From Squalus acanthias (taxonomy: Eukaryota): a stretch of 64,000 bases of DNA. Where the stretch lies: NCBI GenBank assembly GCA_030390025.1, contig CM059432.1:71240001-71304000 (forward strand). Direction: 5' to 3'. Made by a program: the position numbers and the translations under genes. The stretch's first letter is position 1. Every line of letters begins with the position of its first letter. Of this stretch, positions 1-12,489 are shown in pieces. The notes beneath the pieces are model-generated. The model saw only the letters and a program-made list of their open reading frames with translations, did not search any database and had not been told where the DNA came from.

Positions 1-139
1 CGGCTGTCTGAAGGAGCTATTCCCTTGGACCCATTCCCCTGTCCTTTCCCCACACCTACTGCTTTGACAGACAGCAGTCTCATCCATGCTTCTCCAATTA
101 TGTCCCTGCAGTTGGCTACTCCCAGTTTGAAGCATTTTA

Positions 140-727
140 TTACCAAGATAGGTTGGGACTGTAATCTTTAAAGAAGCGTAGACTTGGTGGTGATGTATTA
201 AGGTTTACAAGATGATGAAGGGAATAGATTGTGTTTATGTAGACAATTTGTTTCTATTCAATAGGTTAGGAAGGACCAAGGGGGTCACAATCTCAAGTTA
301 TGTAAGGCCTGAACTAGGTTAAATGTTGTGAGGTGGTTCTTTTCCCAGAGAATAGTGGACCTGTGGAACAGGCTGCCAGCTCATACGGTGGATGCTGATT
401 CACGGAATTATTTCAAACGTGAGCTGGACCTGTTTCTGGCTCAGGCAGAGATCACCTCGCACAAGAGGTAGGTACTGCATGACATAAATCAGGGTCAGAG
501 TCTCCTGGACTAGTTCGATTTCCTAAGGGGCTCAGAGAGGAATTTTCCAGATTTTTCTCCCATAATTGGCCTGGGTTTTTATCTGGTTCTTCACCTCTCC
601 CAGGAGATTGCAGGGCTTTCGGGTGCGCTGGGGGGTGTATAGATTGTGATGCACAAAGCATCACTGTAGTGTGGGACAGGCTGGATGCACCAGTGGCTGT
701 TTTCCTGTCCATCATTGTTTGTATGAT
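140..727 (+). mobile_element. Degenerate CR1 LINE 3' fragment
   Basis: Decayed RT C-terminal motifs (L..RRLGGD..VYKMMKG; RIVDLWNRLP) followed by a 3' UTR ending in TGTATGAT. Confidence 0.75.
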
Positions 728-836
728 CACAGGTATAGAAGCAGATCCAAGGGCAGCACTGAGACTCGTGAAGCCTTGACTCGTGGCTCTCTCCATCCGA
801 TCTCCCAGCATGTTGAAGCAGGACAAGAAAGTCTCT

Positions 837-935
837 AACAGAATCAAAACATGCTGAAAACACTCATCCAGTTAATCAGCATCTGTGGAGAGAACAGACA
901 ACTTAACGTTCAGATGCAGAACCTCCGTCAGAACC
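837..935 (-). mobile_element. Penelope-like terminal fragment with degenerate hammerhead motif
   Basis: Similar to 9235-9330; minus strand reads CTGACGG..GAACGTTAA. Confidence 0.6.
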
Positions 936-1534
936 CAATATACAAGAGGATCGGATGGAACCCAAGCTATAGTAGCAGTGTGGGCACTCACAAGTGATAC
1001 TCTCAGGAATGGACCTGTGCTACTGGGGCTCCACTACAGACGCCCCTGAAGTTGCCACATACTTCATGGTAGACAGCTGTCCAGAGAACTATACCTACTT
1101 GACTCAGCAGATGCACCTACTCAACTCCTCCACAATTATAACCTGACCTTGCAGGGAATTTTGCTCATGTAGACTTTTTAGTTCTTTCTTGGGATGAAGA
1201 AATCAGCAAAACCAACACAAAACATCACGCATTTTAAGTGCAAATTACATCCAGCGCAAATTGAGTTTCTGCAATCTTTTGCGTTGGTTTAGAAAACATC
1301 GCGCTAGAAGCCAGCCCCTCCCATGGAACTGGCCACGAGTACAGATCGAATTAATCACCATTGCGAGTTTCTGCTAATTGCACTTATTTGCAGGCCTTCG
1401 AGGAGGCTCTTAAAATTAAGCTTTTTTTTTTAGGCGTTAGGACACTAATAGGCAAGTTTTGAAAGCTTTTGTATATAATTTTCTTTTAATTTACTAAGAA
1501 ACTGAGTACTGTACACCAATATAACTAACAAATT

Positions 1535-4400
1535 ACAAAGTATTTACAGCGTGAAATAGGCCATTCGGCATAACAAGTCTATGCTGGTGTTTATGCTCCA
1601 CACGAGTCTCCTCCCACCCCTTTTCATCTAACCTCATCAACATATCCTTCAATTCCTTTCTCCTTCTAGCTTCTTCACCTCATTATTCACCTCAACTACC
1701 CCTTGTGGTAGCGCGTTCCACATTCTAACCACTGTCTGGGTAAAGACGTTTCTCCTTTTGGATTTATTAATGACTATCTTATATTTATGGCCCTAGTTCT
1801 GGTCTCGCCCACAAGTGGAAATATCTGCTCAACGTCTACCCTATCAAACCCTTTCATAATTTTGAAGACTTCTATCAGGTCACACCTCAGTCTTCTCTTT
1901 TTCAGGGAAAAGAGCCGCAGTCTGTTCAATCTTTCCTGATAGGTAAAACCTCTCAGTTCTGGTATCATTCTAGTAAATCTTTTTTGCACCTTCTCCAGTG
2001 CCTCTATATCCTTTTTATAATATGGAGACCAGACCTGTACACAGTACTCCAAATGTGGTCTAACCAAGGTTCTGTACAAGTTTAACATAACTTCTCCGCT
2101 TTTCAATTCTATCTCTCTAGAAATAAACCCCAGTGCTTTGTTTGGCTTTCTTTATGGTCTTATTAACCGGCGTCGCTGGGGATGTTGGCCTGAGCGAGAA
2201 CACTGACGTGTATCTATACTCCCAGATCCCTCTGTTCCTCTACCCCATTTAGACACTTATTTACCAAGAAGTATGTGGCCTCCTTATTTTTCTTGCCAAA
2301 ATGTATTCTTCTTCTTAGGCAGTCCCTTGGAACCGAGGATGACTTGCTTCCACACTAAAAATGAGTTCTCAGGCGACTGATGAGTCCTATGCGGGACCTA
2401 CAGTCTCTGTCACAGGTGGGGCAGACGGTGGTTGAAGGGGCAGGTGGGTGGGGTGCTTCGGTTGACGTGCGCTCCTTCCGCTGTTTGCGCTTGGCTTCCG
2501 CTTGCTCCCGGCGAAGAGACTCGAGGTGTTTGGCGCCTTCCCGGATGCTTCTCCTCCACTTTGTGCGGTCTTGGGCCAGGGATTCCCAGGTGTCGGTGGG
2601 GATGTTGCACTTTTTCCAAGGAGGCTTTGATGGTGTCCTTGAAGCGTTTCCTCTGCCCACCTGGGGCTCTCTTGCTGTGTTGGAGCTTCGATTAGAGCGC
2701 TTGCTTTGGGAGTCTCGTATCGGGCATGCGGACGATGTGGCCCATCCATCGGAGCTGATTGAACGTGGTCAAAGCTTCGATGCTGGGGATGTTGGCCTGA
2801 GCGAGAACATTGATGTTGGTGCGCCTATCCTGCCAATGGATTTGCAGGATCTTGCGGAGGCAGCATTGGTGGTACCTCTCCAGTGCCTTGAGGTGCCTGC
2901 TGTACATGGTCCATGTCTCTGAAGCATACAGGAGGGCGGGTATCACTGCTGCTCTGTAGACCATGAGCTTGGAAGTCCTGGTCTTCAAACACTCTCTTCC
3001 TTAGGCGACTGAAGGCTGCACTAGCATACTGACGTCTGCCCTTGTTGACAGTAGGCTCCCGAGGTATGGAAAGTGGTCCATGTTGTCCAAGGCCTCGTCA
3101 TGGATTTTGATAATCGGGGGAGCAGTACTGTGTGGCGGGGGCAGGTTGGTAGAGGACCTTTGTCTTACGGATGTTTAGTGTAAGGCCCATGCTCTCATAC
3201 GCTCTCGTACAAAATATATTACCTCACACTTATCTATATTGAAGTTCATTTGCCAATTACAGGCCCATTCTGCAAGTTTATTAATGTCTTCCTGTATTTT
3301 GTCGTAGTTCTCCTCTATTAACCCCCCAATTTGGTGTCATCCGAAAATGTTGAAATTGTACTTCCGATTCCTGAGTCCTTTACTGTTACTTCTTCAAAGT
3401 ATTCATTAAGGTTGGTCAAGCATGATCTTCCTTTTTGGAATCCATGCTGACTACTCTTCAATATATTTTCAGTTACTAGATATTTTTCTATTACATCTTT
3501 GATTAAGGATCCATTTTATTTCTACCACTGACGTTAAACTAATTGGTCTACAGTTCCCTGAGCTTGTTCTCTCTCCCTTTTTATATATAGGAATCACATT
3601 AACTGTCTGCCCGTCATCTGGCACTATTCCCTTTTCTAATTAATTTTTATATATATGTAATAGTGCCTCCGCTATCTCTTCCCTTACTTTTAATATGCAC
3701 GGATACAATCCATCTAGACCGAGGGTTTTATCCTCTCTAAGTTAGATTAGTTTACCAATTATCTCCCCCCTTTCTGTCTTAAATGTCTTTATATCCTTTT
3801 TGATCTCTTCTTCTAATGCAATGTCCACCATGTTAGTCTCCGTGGTAAATACTGAGGCAAAGTAATTATTTAATATTTCTGCAATTTCGCTGTCATTACC
3901 TGTGAGTTTATTATATGTATCCCTTCGTGGTCCTGTCCCTGTCCTGATTTCTCTTTGTTATTTTTATGTGTCTGTGGAATACTTTACTATTTCTTTTTAT
4001 ATTCCTTGATAATTTAATTTCAGTTTCTCTTTGCCTTCCTAATTGTATTTTTGACTTCTTTCCTAACCTTTTCGTATTCCTTTTGTCATCCTCTCCTTTG
4101 TTTTCTATGTACTTTGTGTATGCCTTTTTCTTTAGTTTCAATTTTGCCTTTATTCATCCTGGCTAGTTTGTTCTTGCTTTTTAGTGGGATATATTTCTTC
4201 TGGACTCTATTGTTTCCACTGCTGTTCTATTTATTTATTTGTCAGTAAATGTTTCCAGTTTACCTTCCATAGTTCCATTCTCATCCCCTTAAAATCAGCT
4301 TCTTTCCAATGTATTACTTTTGTCTTTGTCTTACTTCTGCCCTTCTCAGTCTTTATCTTAAACCTTATTATGTTTTGATTACTATTGCCAAATGGTTCTG
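1535..4400 (-). mobile_element. 5'-truncated CR1 LINE interrupted by an RTE
   Basis: ORF 1774-2106 ([26 protein letters not shown]); decayed RT and upstream ORF2 sequence at 3221-4400. Confidence 0.9.
2308..3209 (-). mobile_element. 5'-truncated RTE-clade LINE
   Basis: LLYASETWT, LRWMGHIVRMPDTRLPK, C-terminal zinc-finger-like CPTCDRDCRSRIGLIS(R)LRTH; (AAG)n tail; 11-bp TSD CAAAATGTATT (2297-2307) / CAAAATATATT (3210-3220). Confidence 0.93.
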
Positions 4401-5357
4401 TATAGATATTTTAAAGTCATATTCAGTTATTTAAAATTGGGTTACTCACAGGTGGTGGACTAGACACTCTGCTCAAAATGTGTATTTTTTGTGATAAGCC
4501 CATTTTCAGCAGTATTAATCAAACTGCACCAAGTTACCACTCTTAACTATATCAAGGAATATATTTCAGCCCAACATTAAAAAAAATTATGTTATAAAAC
4601 GCTGCCCGGTTCATGGCAGAGTTTGCGTTTGTCAATATGCAAATGAGTTTGAGCAAAAACTCAAGAAAAAAAAACTTCTCAAAACTAGTGCAATTTTGGG
4701 CTCAAATTGTACATGGATCGCCGATTACGCCCAAAGCGGAAACTCTACCCCACTAGTAATAGTCTTCTGGCTGTGGCTGTAGCTGTAGTGTGTAGCTGTA
4801 CTGATGCATGTTGCAGTTGCTATGAATGATACATACAGTTTCACACAAGTGCTCATCTTGCAGCTCAGTCATGTATCATACAGCTGGATTGTGTTGGAAT
4901 AATTTGCATGTAAAACTCCTTTAAGATTTTGGTTGTGAGTTCCGGCTTGCATTTATGTTGCTGCTGCAGTATTGCTAAGCAAGATAAGCTTCACGAGGGC
5001 TGTAAGATTACATAAATGCTCTGGAGGATGCAGATACAAAAGATAAACAGGTTATGAGGAAACACTTCGTGATATGTATACCTGGGGTAGCTACTTGGTA
5101 TAGCAAGCCAGGGTAGCCTAATTTTCCTTAGGTCTGAAATTTTCTTACACATTTGCATCCAGGTCCTCTGGGTGTTAGTTGCAACATTCACCTTGTTTCC
5201 GCAGCCAGTCTTGTTGTACCAGTCCTTTTTTACAGATGGTGCCCTACAGTACTAAAGAGGACAGCCCTCCCTTGACTCACTTCACCCAGTATGAATTTTA
5301 TTGCAGGTAACAACTACACTCTCTGTAATATCAGCCAGGCTGCAGTATGGGCACGGA

Positions 5358-7014
5358 TGTGCCGATGACACCAAACTTAGGGGTGTGGCAAACAGTGCGG
5401 ATGATAACAATCGACTGCAACAGGACATAGAAAGGCTAGCAGAATGGGCAGACAAGTGGCAGATGGAATTTAATACAGAGAAGTGTGAGGTGATGCATTT
5501 TGGCAGAAGGAACAGGGTGAGACAATATACACTTAATGGCACAGTTTTAAAGAGTGTGCAGGGACAGAGGGACCTGGGAGTTAATGTGCATAGGTCCCTG
5601 AAGGTGGCAGGACATATTGAAAGAGTGGTTAGCAAAGCATATGGGATCTTGGGTTTCATAAATAGAGATATTGAGTACAAAAGTAGAGAAGTTATGCTGA
5701 ACCTTTATAAAGCGCTGGTTAGACCACAACTGGAGTATTGCATCCAGTTCTGGTCACCACACTTTAGGAAGGATGCAAAGGCCCTTCAGAGGGTGCAGAG
5801 GAGATTTACCAGAATGGTTCCGGGGATGGGGTATCTAAGCTACAAGGACAGGTTGGAGAAGCTGGATTTGTTTTCATTAGAGCAAAGGAGATTGAGGGGT
5901 GATTTGATCGAGGTGTACAAGATTATGATGGGTTTGGATAGGCTAGATGGGGAAAGGCTGTTCCCACTAGTTGATGGTACAAGGACTAGGGGACACAGAT
6001 TTAAGGTTTTGGGCAAGAGATACAGAAGGGATGTGAGGAAAAACTTTTTTAAGCAGCGAGTGGTGAGGACCTGGAACTCACTGCTGACGAAAGTGATGGA
6101 AGCGGAGACACTCAGGGCTAGAAATTGAGTAGCGCCCCATTTGGGGCGCTAACTTCGTTGGGGCACTACTTTTAGCGCCCCATAAAAATTAGCGTCCCCG
6201 CGCTGGAACTTGAGTGGTTGCTCCCCAAGAGGGAAGCGGGGTGCTACTGGAAGCGCTCCGCATCCCTCTTGGGGCGCTGCGAGTCAATATCGCGGTGCTA
6301 TGTGGCACTGCGGCACGTAGCACCACGGTATTACAGGCCTTCCTCCCCTTCTGAAAGGGGAGGGGCCTTGCGCAGCGTGACCCGGGGCCCAGCTGGGCCC
6401 CCGGGGATCGGGAGTGCCAGCAAAAGAGCCCGGCACTCAAGAGAAGTGCCGGGCTCTTGGAGCGCAGCCGGCACTCTGCGGGGGGGGCCGTTCAGGAGGC
6501 CGGGGACGGGAGCGCAGGCAGGTGCTGGCAGGTGGCCAGCAACAAAAATGGCCGCCCCGCACCTCGCCTTTAAATACCGCCTCCCCGGCCACAGGTATGC
6601 CCCCCTGACCCCGTTGGACATAGTGTCCGGCGGTAAGTCGGGGGCGCTCCCGAAGATCGCGGCCGGGGCGCGAGCGGGGCGCTGTGCATGGCGATGATGT
6701 CATCGCCGACGGCGCAGCGCCGCGGGACGCTACCGGTTAGCACCGCCGCTAACCTCCCGCTGAATTTCATGGGAGGCATGGGCGGCGCCACGCCCGGGCG
6801 CTAGTTGCTTTTAGGGCGCTAACGGGAGGCGCAAAGCAACCCAATTTTTCTCCCTCAATGTTTTCAAGGGGAGACTGGACAGGCACTTGAGGGAAATAAA
6901 TTTGCAGGGCTACACGGATAGAGCGGGGGAATGGGACTGACTCGATTGCTCTGCAGAGAGCCGGCATGGACTCGATGGGCTGAATGGCCTCCTTCTGTGC
7001 CATTATGACTCGAT
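5358..7014 (+). mobile_element. 5'-truncated CR1 LINE split by a MITE at 6115-6854
   Basis: ADDTKL...RPQLEYCIQFWSP in ORF 5301-6128; sequence resumes at 6855 as in the copy near 48480; TATGACTC tail. Confidence 0.92.
6115..6854. mobile_element. Non-autonomous Harbinger element (740 bp, GC/CpG rich)
   Basis: TIR GGGCTAGAAATTG / CAATTTTTCTCCC; perfect TSD TCA (6112-6114, 6855-6857); ends similar to 50680-54905. Confidence 0.9.
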
Positions 7015-7908
7015 GGGGTAGAAATTAGGTCGCGCCCCATTTGGGGCGCAAATATCGTCCGGACGCAAATATTAGCGCCTGGCGCTAATTATCGGCACTG
7101 ACGGGAAACTTCACTTTTACCGCCCCGGGAGGTGAGTGGAGCGCTAAAGCAGGCGCTGCACACCTCTCTTAAGGCGCAAAGGCCGAGCAGTGAGGCGCTA
7201 ACTCGGAGCGCTGGCGAAGCTCATGTAATGTCAGTCAGCAATGGAACACACACACAATGGCACGGGCCAGTTCTTAAAGGGGATGGTTAATCTTGCTTTC
7301 CATCCACATCCTGTTCATTGCTGCCTTGAATCTCGACCTGGAGAGACTTGCACATCAAATGTGCTGGAAAGAACAATGGAGAGCACCAGGCAAAGAGCTC
7401 AGAGTGCAGCTCCCACGGTCTCTGCTAAATCGATACAAGGAATGGCAAATCAAAATGAACCTGCAAAGTGCTGCTCAGTACCCAAAACTCCTTCACACAA
7501 CGTTGAATCTCTCCAGAAGTCTCTTCCCTCTCTCTCTCAGAATGCGTAGTTCAAAAATGCCACCAACAATAAAAGACAGGAAGAGGCCCCCTTTAAATAG
7601 CGCCCCCCCCAGCCCCACAGCGATTGATAGCGTTCCAGTCTTCTGGTCGTTGGAAGCGCCAGGCGGTAAGGCAGGGGGCGCCACTCAATTTCCGCTACGG
7701 GGCGCCACAAGGGCGTTGCACCATGGAATGACGTCACAATCTGCGCGCGCAGGTGGTCGCAGCGGTAAGTTTTAGCGCCGCCGCACAATCTCAAGTTAAG
7801 TTCTCGAGCGGCGCAAACATCGCTGCGCCCGGGCGTTAGCGGCTTTGCGCCCCATTAGCGCCCTCTTAAGGCGCTAACGGGAGGCGCAACCAAGTGAATT
7901 TTTACCCC
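7015..7908. mobile_element. Non-autonomous Harbinger, internal-deletion derivative of the 50680-54905 family (inverted relative to it)
   Basis: TIR GGGGTAGAAATT / AATTTTTACCCC; TSD GAT/TAT; both halves align with the two ends of 50680-54905. Confidence 0.88.
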
Positions 7909-9293
7909 TATGTACTCAGTTTTACAGGTTACTGACTTCCTATACTCCAGGGAGCAATCAATGGCACCCACTTTACTTTGCAAGCTCCAACAGAAAACGC
8001 CCTCAACTTCCCCCCAGAAAGAATTCTACTCCCTGACTGTACGGAATGTGTGTAACAACGTACGAGGGATCCTACACATATGCAGAAAGTTGTTATGATG
8101 CATCCATTCTTTAAAATTCAGCCCTTCCTGCCCTCTTCAGAGAAGAAAATCACGTTAATGGATGGCTTGTGGGCGATGCCTTTGTGGATAATGATCCCAG
8201 GAAGAGTGGTTTGAACGGAAGTGGAGGAGCATTACAACAAGGTACACACCTCTACAAGAATGGTCATCCAGAGGACTATTGGGTTCATAAGGGGCTGCAT
8301 TCACTGCCCAGACAGGTTGGGAAGGGCTCTGCAGTATTCTCCAGCTTGTGTCTCATACTTAATTGTTGCCTGCTGTGCCCTGCACAACTTTGCCACACAA
8401 AAAGATCTGAAGTTAGATATTGCTAGAGAGGTGACCATAACTGCTTTGCAGGCAGATTTACATGGAGGAGAGCATCACGATGAGCTACACTCAGTGACTG
8501 CTACATGCACATCCCATCACTGAAATCTTCTTTTCTTTAACAAAGTCAACTTTTGACACCGGCACCTTGCCTCCTTCTCCCCCACCTTCAAATAAGAGAC
8601 CAAACCTTCAATCTAGTACCCATCCTAGAACACGACATTACATCAACGCTCTATTGTCCTTCAGGAAGATGCCAAAAATCATCACCTGACTGAATAAATC
8701 AGCACCAAATAAGTGCACCTTTTCCTGTGTGACTTTAATTCCTATGTGAATATCAAAGCATGACATAAGTGCACATTCTATTTTGTTACAACAAAGTCCA
8801 AAGTGAACATAAGCCAGCCCACTCTTTTCTAACACTGTAGTTCCCCTGGTGACTAAACATGCCTTTCTTTCACCTCTTTTAGGGCTTCTCATTGTTGCAA
8901 CCTGAGGTTCAGTATCACAAGAGCTGGTTGGCTGCTCATGTTCTGTAAAAGGGTCACGGGTCTAAGGTGCCTCTCTTCCAAAGGCAGCTGGACCCTGGCA
9001 GGGACCGCTGCTGGTCTAATCTTTGGAGCTGCTTCCTGGGTAACTTGGTGTCACTTAGGTATCGTGCTCTGAGGGAAAGGCTGGAGACCTGGCATATGCT
9101 GCTTTCCTGAGAGACACCCACCTTTACCATTTCACTGAGTTGTGCATCTGTGTCCCCACAGATGACTGATTTAATGACAGCTATCAGATCCTGAATGCCC
9201 TAAGAGACAGCAGCCTGCATCAAAGCTGTCATAACAACAGAAAATGCTGGAAAAACTCAGCAAGCCAGGCAGCATCCGTGGAGAGAGAAACAG

Positions 9294-9330
9294 AGTTAAC
9301 GTTTCAGGTCGAAGACCTTTCGTCAGAACT
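9294..9330 (-). ncRNA. Minimal type I hammerhead ribozyme motif
   Basis: AGUU-CUGACGA-A-AGGUC(UUC)GACCU-GAAA-CGUU-AACU: intact core, stems I and II, palindromic AACGUU stem III. Confidence 0.8.
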
Positions 9331-9612
9331 GGAAAAAAGCAGGAAATGAAATAGATTTAAAGCAAGTATAATGCTGGGAAAAGGGGGAGGGGATGAAAGA
9401 ACAAAAGGGAAGGTCAGTGGTAGGATAGAAAGCAGGAGAGATTAAGAGACATTGAGAGACATTAAGAGATATTCAAGGCAAGAGGAGGTGGTAATGTAAC
9501 AGGTTGAGGCTAGATGAAGTGTGAAATGCGCTGGCAGAATGAAGGACAGCTGCCAGCTTCAGGGAGGGAAGAAAAAAGGCTAAACAAAAGGTTGGATGAA
9601 AAAATACAATAA

Positions 9613-9634
9613 ATATATATATATATATATATAT
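9613..9634. repeat. (TA)n microsatellite
   Basis: Read directly. Confidence 0.9.
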
Positions 9635-12489
9635 GTGATAGGGGCTGGGGTTATGATCTGAAATTGTTGAACTCTATGTTGAGTCCAGAGGGCTGTAGAG
9701 TGCCTAATCGAAAGATGAGGTGCTGTTCCTCGAGCTTACACTGAGCTTCCGTGGAACAATGCAAGAGGCCGAGGATGGTGAGGTCAGAGTGGGAGTGGAG
9801 CGGAGAATTAAAGTGACAGGCCACCGGGAGCTCGGGGTCCCCCTTACGGACTGAACGGAGGTGTTCCGCAAAGCGGTCACCCAATCTGCGTTTGGTCTCC
9901 CCAATGTAGAGGAGACCACATTGTGAGCAGCGAAACAGTATACTAAATTGCAGGAAGTACAAGTAAATCGCTGTTTCACCTGGAAGGGGTGTTTGGGGCC
10001 CTGGACAGTGGGAAGGGGGGAGGTATAAGGGCATGAAGCTGTCATGGTCTGGGAGCTGGTGAGCAGGGTACTATTTCCTTTCCTATCACCACGAGAGCTG
10101 CAGTCTGTTCCTTATTTACCTGCTGCTCCAATCTTCAACCTGAACTGCCTTTTTGAAGGCTGCACTCTATGCACCACAACATATTACTCCCATTTTAGTC
10201 AGGCTTTATACCAATCCCGCTCAATGGATATGCAATTGAGCTCACTCAGGAAATTATAGTGTAAATACCTTTCCAGACCATCAGGGGTCACCACTCATTC
10301 ACTATTACTCATACAAGCGGTAAAACTCACCGCGTGAAATTTCTAGGCCAATTTTTAAAAAATCAGCCTACAGCAAATAACATTATTATTTAGGCTCTGA
10401 AATTTTGTTTATTATCTTGTTAAAACACAAACATACTAAATTTAGAAAACATTTTGGAAACTACGATGTTTTCACAAGACTTAATTTGTATGTAACTGGT
10501 TGAGAGTAATTTTAATTAAGTTTACTTCATAACAAATAAATGACAGAAAAAACATCTTATAATGTGCTCAGCCTACTTAATTAAATCAGCAGAAAGCAAG
10601 ATGAAGTGCTCCAATATTTGTGGTTTGAATTGAAACAATTGTTTGTTCTAATTAAGGTATTTTAATATATTGAAGGAGAAAAGAAAGAAGTTATAGCAAA
10701 GATCAATGCAGGCAAAAAAGAATTATGGAACTATTTGCATTGACATACTGAGAAAACCTCACGATGGCTGATCTCACTGATTGTATTGAGTACTTTATAC
10801 ATATTTAAATATAGTCACTGAAAGCAATATTAACTTTTTGAAATGTAAGGATGAATGGCAGTGTCCTCACTGCCTGACAATCCTCTGTGGAATATTCCAA
10901 TTGATCTCATACCATTCTTTCATCTTTGCTGGTGATTCATCCCACGTTAGTGGTGGGGACAGAACCCTGGATTTATGCAACTCTGGTAAGAATATCCCGT
11001 GTGTTTCCCTTTCATCTATTGATCCTTGAAATGAATTTTACATTTTCAAAGAACACAATATGAAACAACTGTTCTTTCCAAGAGCTATGGGACATTTGAC
11101 CTTTTTTTCTAGTTGCAGAGAATCATTTATGGCAAGTAGGGGATCAGCAGAACCATTCTCTTGTTTTCACCTGACCTTCTTAATGAGGTCGGGTTCCTTG
11201 GGAAACACATCTGTGGGATGTGAGCCCTGAAGGAGATGATGAAGAGGCTATCATTGCCACCTAACAAATCTTTTCAACTCAGGGGCAGGTGAAAACAGCA
11301 GATTGCCAAAATACAACTTAAGACAAATTTTCATTCTTATTAGATGGCTTGGTATGTGAAAAAGAAGGTTTAATGCTTTGCGCTGAAAGTTTCTAACGGG
11401 TGTTCCCAGCAGTTGTACTCAAATCTTTGCAAAAATGATTAAATGTTTTCTCTTTATATATCTTAATCTCTATTGCTTATAAATTCCAGGAGGACTTAGC
11501 TAGTACATTGAAACTAGTTCTCTATTTTATGTATTTGGAATCAATGTTATCCTGAAAACATTATAGCAAATAGGAATTATTCAATGTAATAGGGAACAAT
11601 ACATTTCCAGAATAATTTTAATAGGTTAGGAATTCCTTCCCCTCCCCAACAAGATAAAACTTAACTGAAGGAATTTAAACATTAAAGTTCTCTAAAATGT
11701 TCAGTCAAATGAAGTAAGCTTTTATCCTGGAGCTCTTGCAATCTTTGGTTTATTCATGTAAAGGACAACTTGACCTGTTGACTTGCAACAGGCACACACT
11801 CATCAGGAGGTAATATTTCCACGATTTGGCAAAGCACTATACCCACCAGCGTTCTAAAGTTGACACATGCATTATTTTGGAACATAGGTAGACTGATTTA
11901 ATTCCACAGATTGAGAAAAAACAGCTAAAGGGACAACAATTATTTTATGCCATTGCTGGTATCCTCGGCTACTATTCACAAATGGAAACGCTGTCAATCT
12001 GACAATGCAGAATATGGACTTCTATTTTCTTACGATACAGATGGTCTATCATTCATCCTGTGGAAAGAATGGTACATATGCCTCAATGATCCAGTGAGTT
12101 TCTTAGCTATCTCTGTCTCCTCCTTTCCCTTCCTTATGTGTCCTTATTTGTCATAAAATCTTCCTGCTGCTGTGAAGAAAGAAGATTTTATATGATTTGC
12201 TTGGGAATAAAATGTAAAATATCTTACTCTCCTTCTTGGTTATTGTTTCCAATAAAGCAAGATAAATATTTATTGAAAATGATGATTCCTGATCCTTCTA
12301 ACTTGTTGGATTTTTTTCCTTTGTTATTATATTATTGAAATTGTTCTCTGGTTACAATGCACTGTTTTATTATTATTAAATTGCTGTACCATGCAGTTTT
12401 TTTAAATTGAGAAAGTAAGATAAAAGGCCAAGATTCATAGACACGACACCAATAAAGATAAAAAGAGTAAAAGAGATGAGGCAAATCAA

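Larger units (their letters stand above)
1150..4751. mobile_element. Old Harbinger-type MITE split by CR1 and RTE insertions (halves ~1150-1450 and ~4400-4751)
   Basis: Right end GGAAACTCTACCCC resembles the TIRs of other Harbingers in the window; the halves share inverted CGCAAATT/GAGTTTG motifs. Left boundary approximate. Confidence 0.4.
9235..10040 (-). mobile_element. Penelope-like element 3' part (GIY-YIG endonuclease plus terminal repeat)
   Basis: Frameshifted FTCTSCNLVYC / CSQCGLLYIGETKRRLGDRFAEH...VACHFN...EEQHLIFRLGTLQPSGLN (9651-10045). Confidence 0.9.
7960..10350 (+). mobile_element. Highly decayed Harbinger remnant interrupted by a Penelope-like element
   Basis: Transposase motifs KEFYSLTVRNVC, WLVGD, EEHYNKVHTSTRMVIQRTIG, ALQYSP..VACCALHNF (7990-8523); TIR-like GAAATTTCTAGGCC ending ~10349. 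Confidence 0.7.

Noticed and set aside
4990..5310. Exon-like reads (YINALEDADTKDKQ..., MVPYSTKEDSPP...)
   Set aside because: Short frames with stops, weak splice context and no recognisable protein.
6115..7908. CpG-island promoter or real genes in the GC-rich ORFs
   Set aside because: Fully explained by two TIR-bounded MITEs; the ORFs are a by-product of high GC.
10720..10910. E2 ubiquitin-conjugating-like snippet GTICIDILRK followed by W..P...TIL
   Set aside because: Too short, no HPN motif, and bounded by stops; likely chance.
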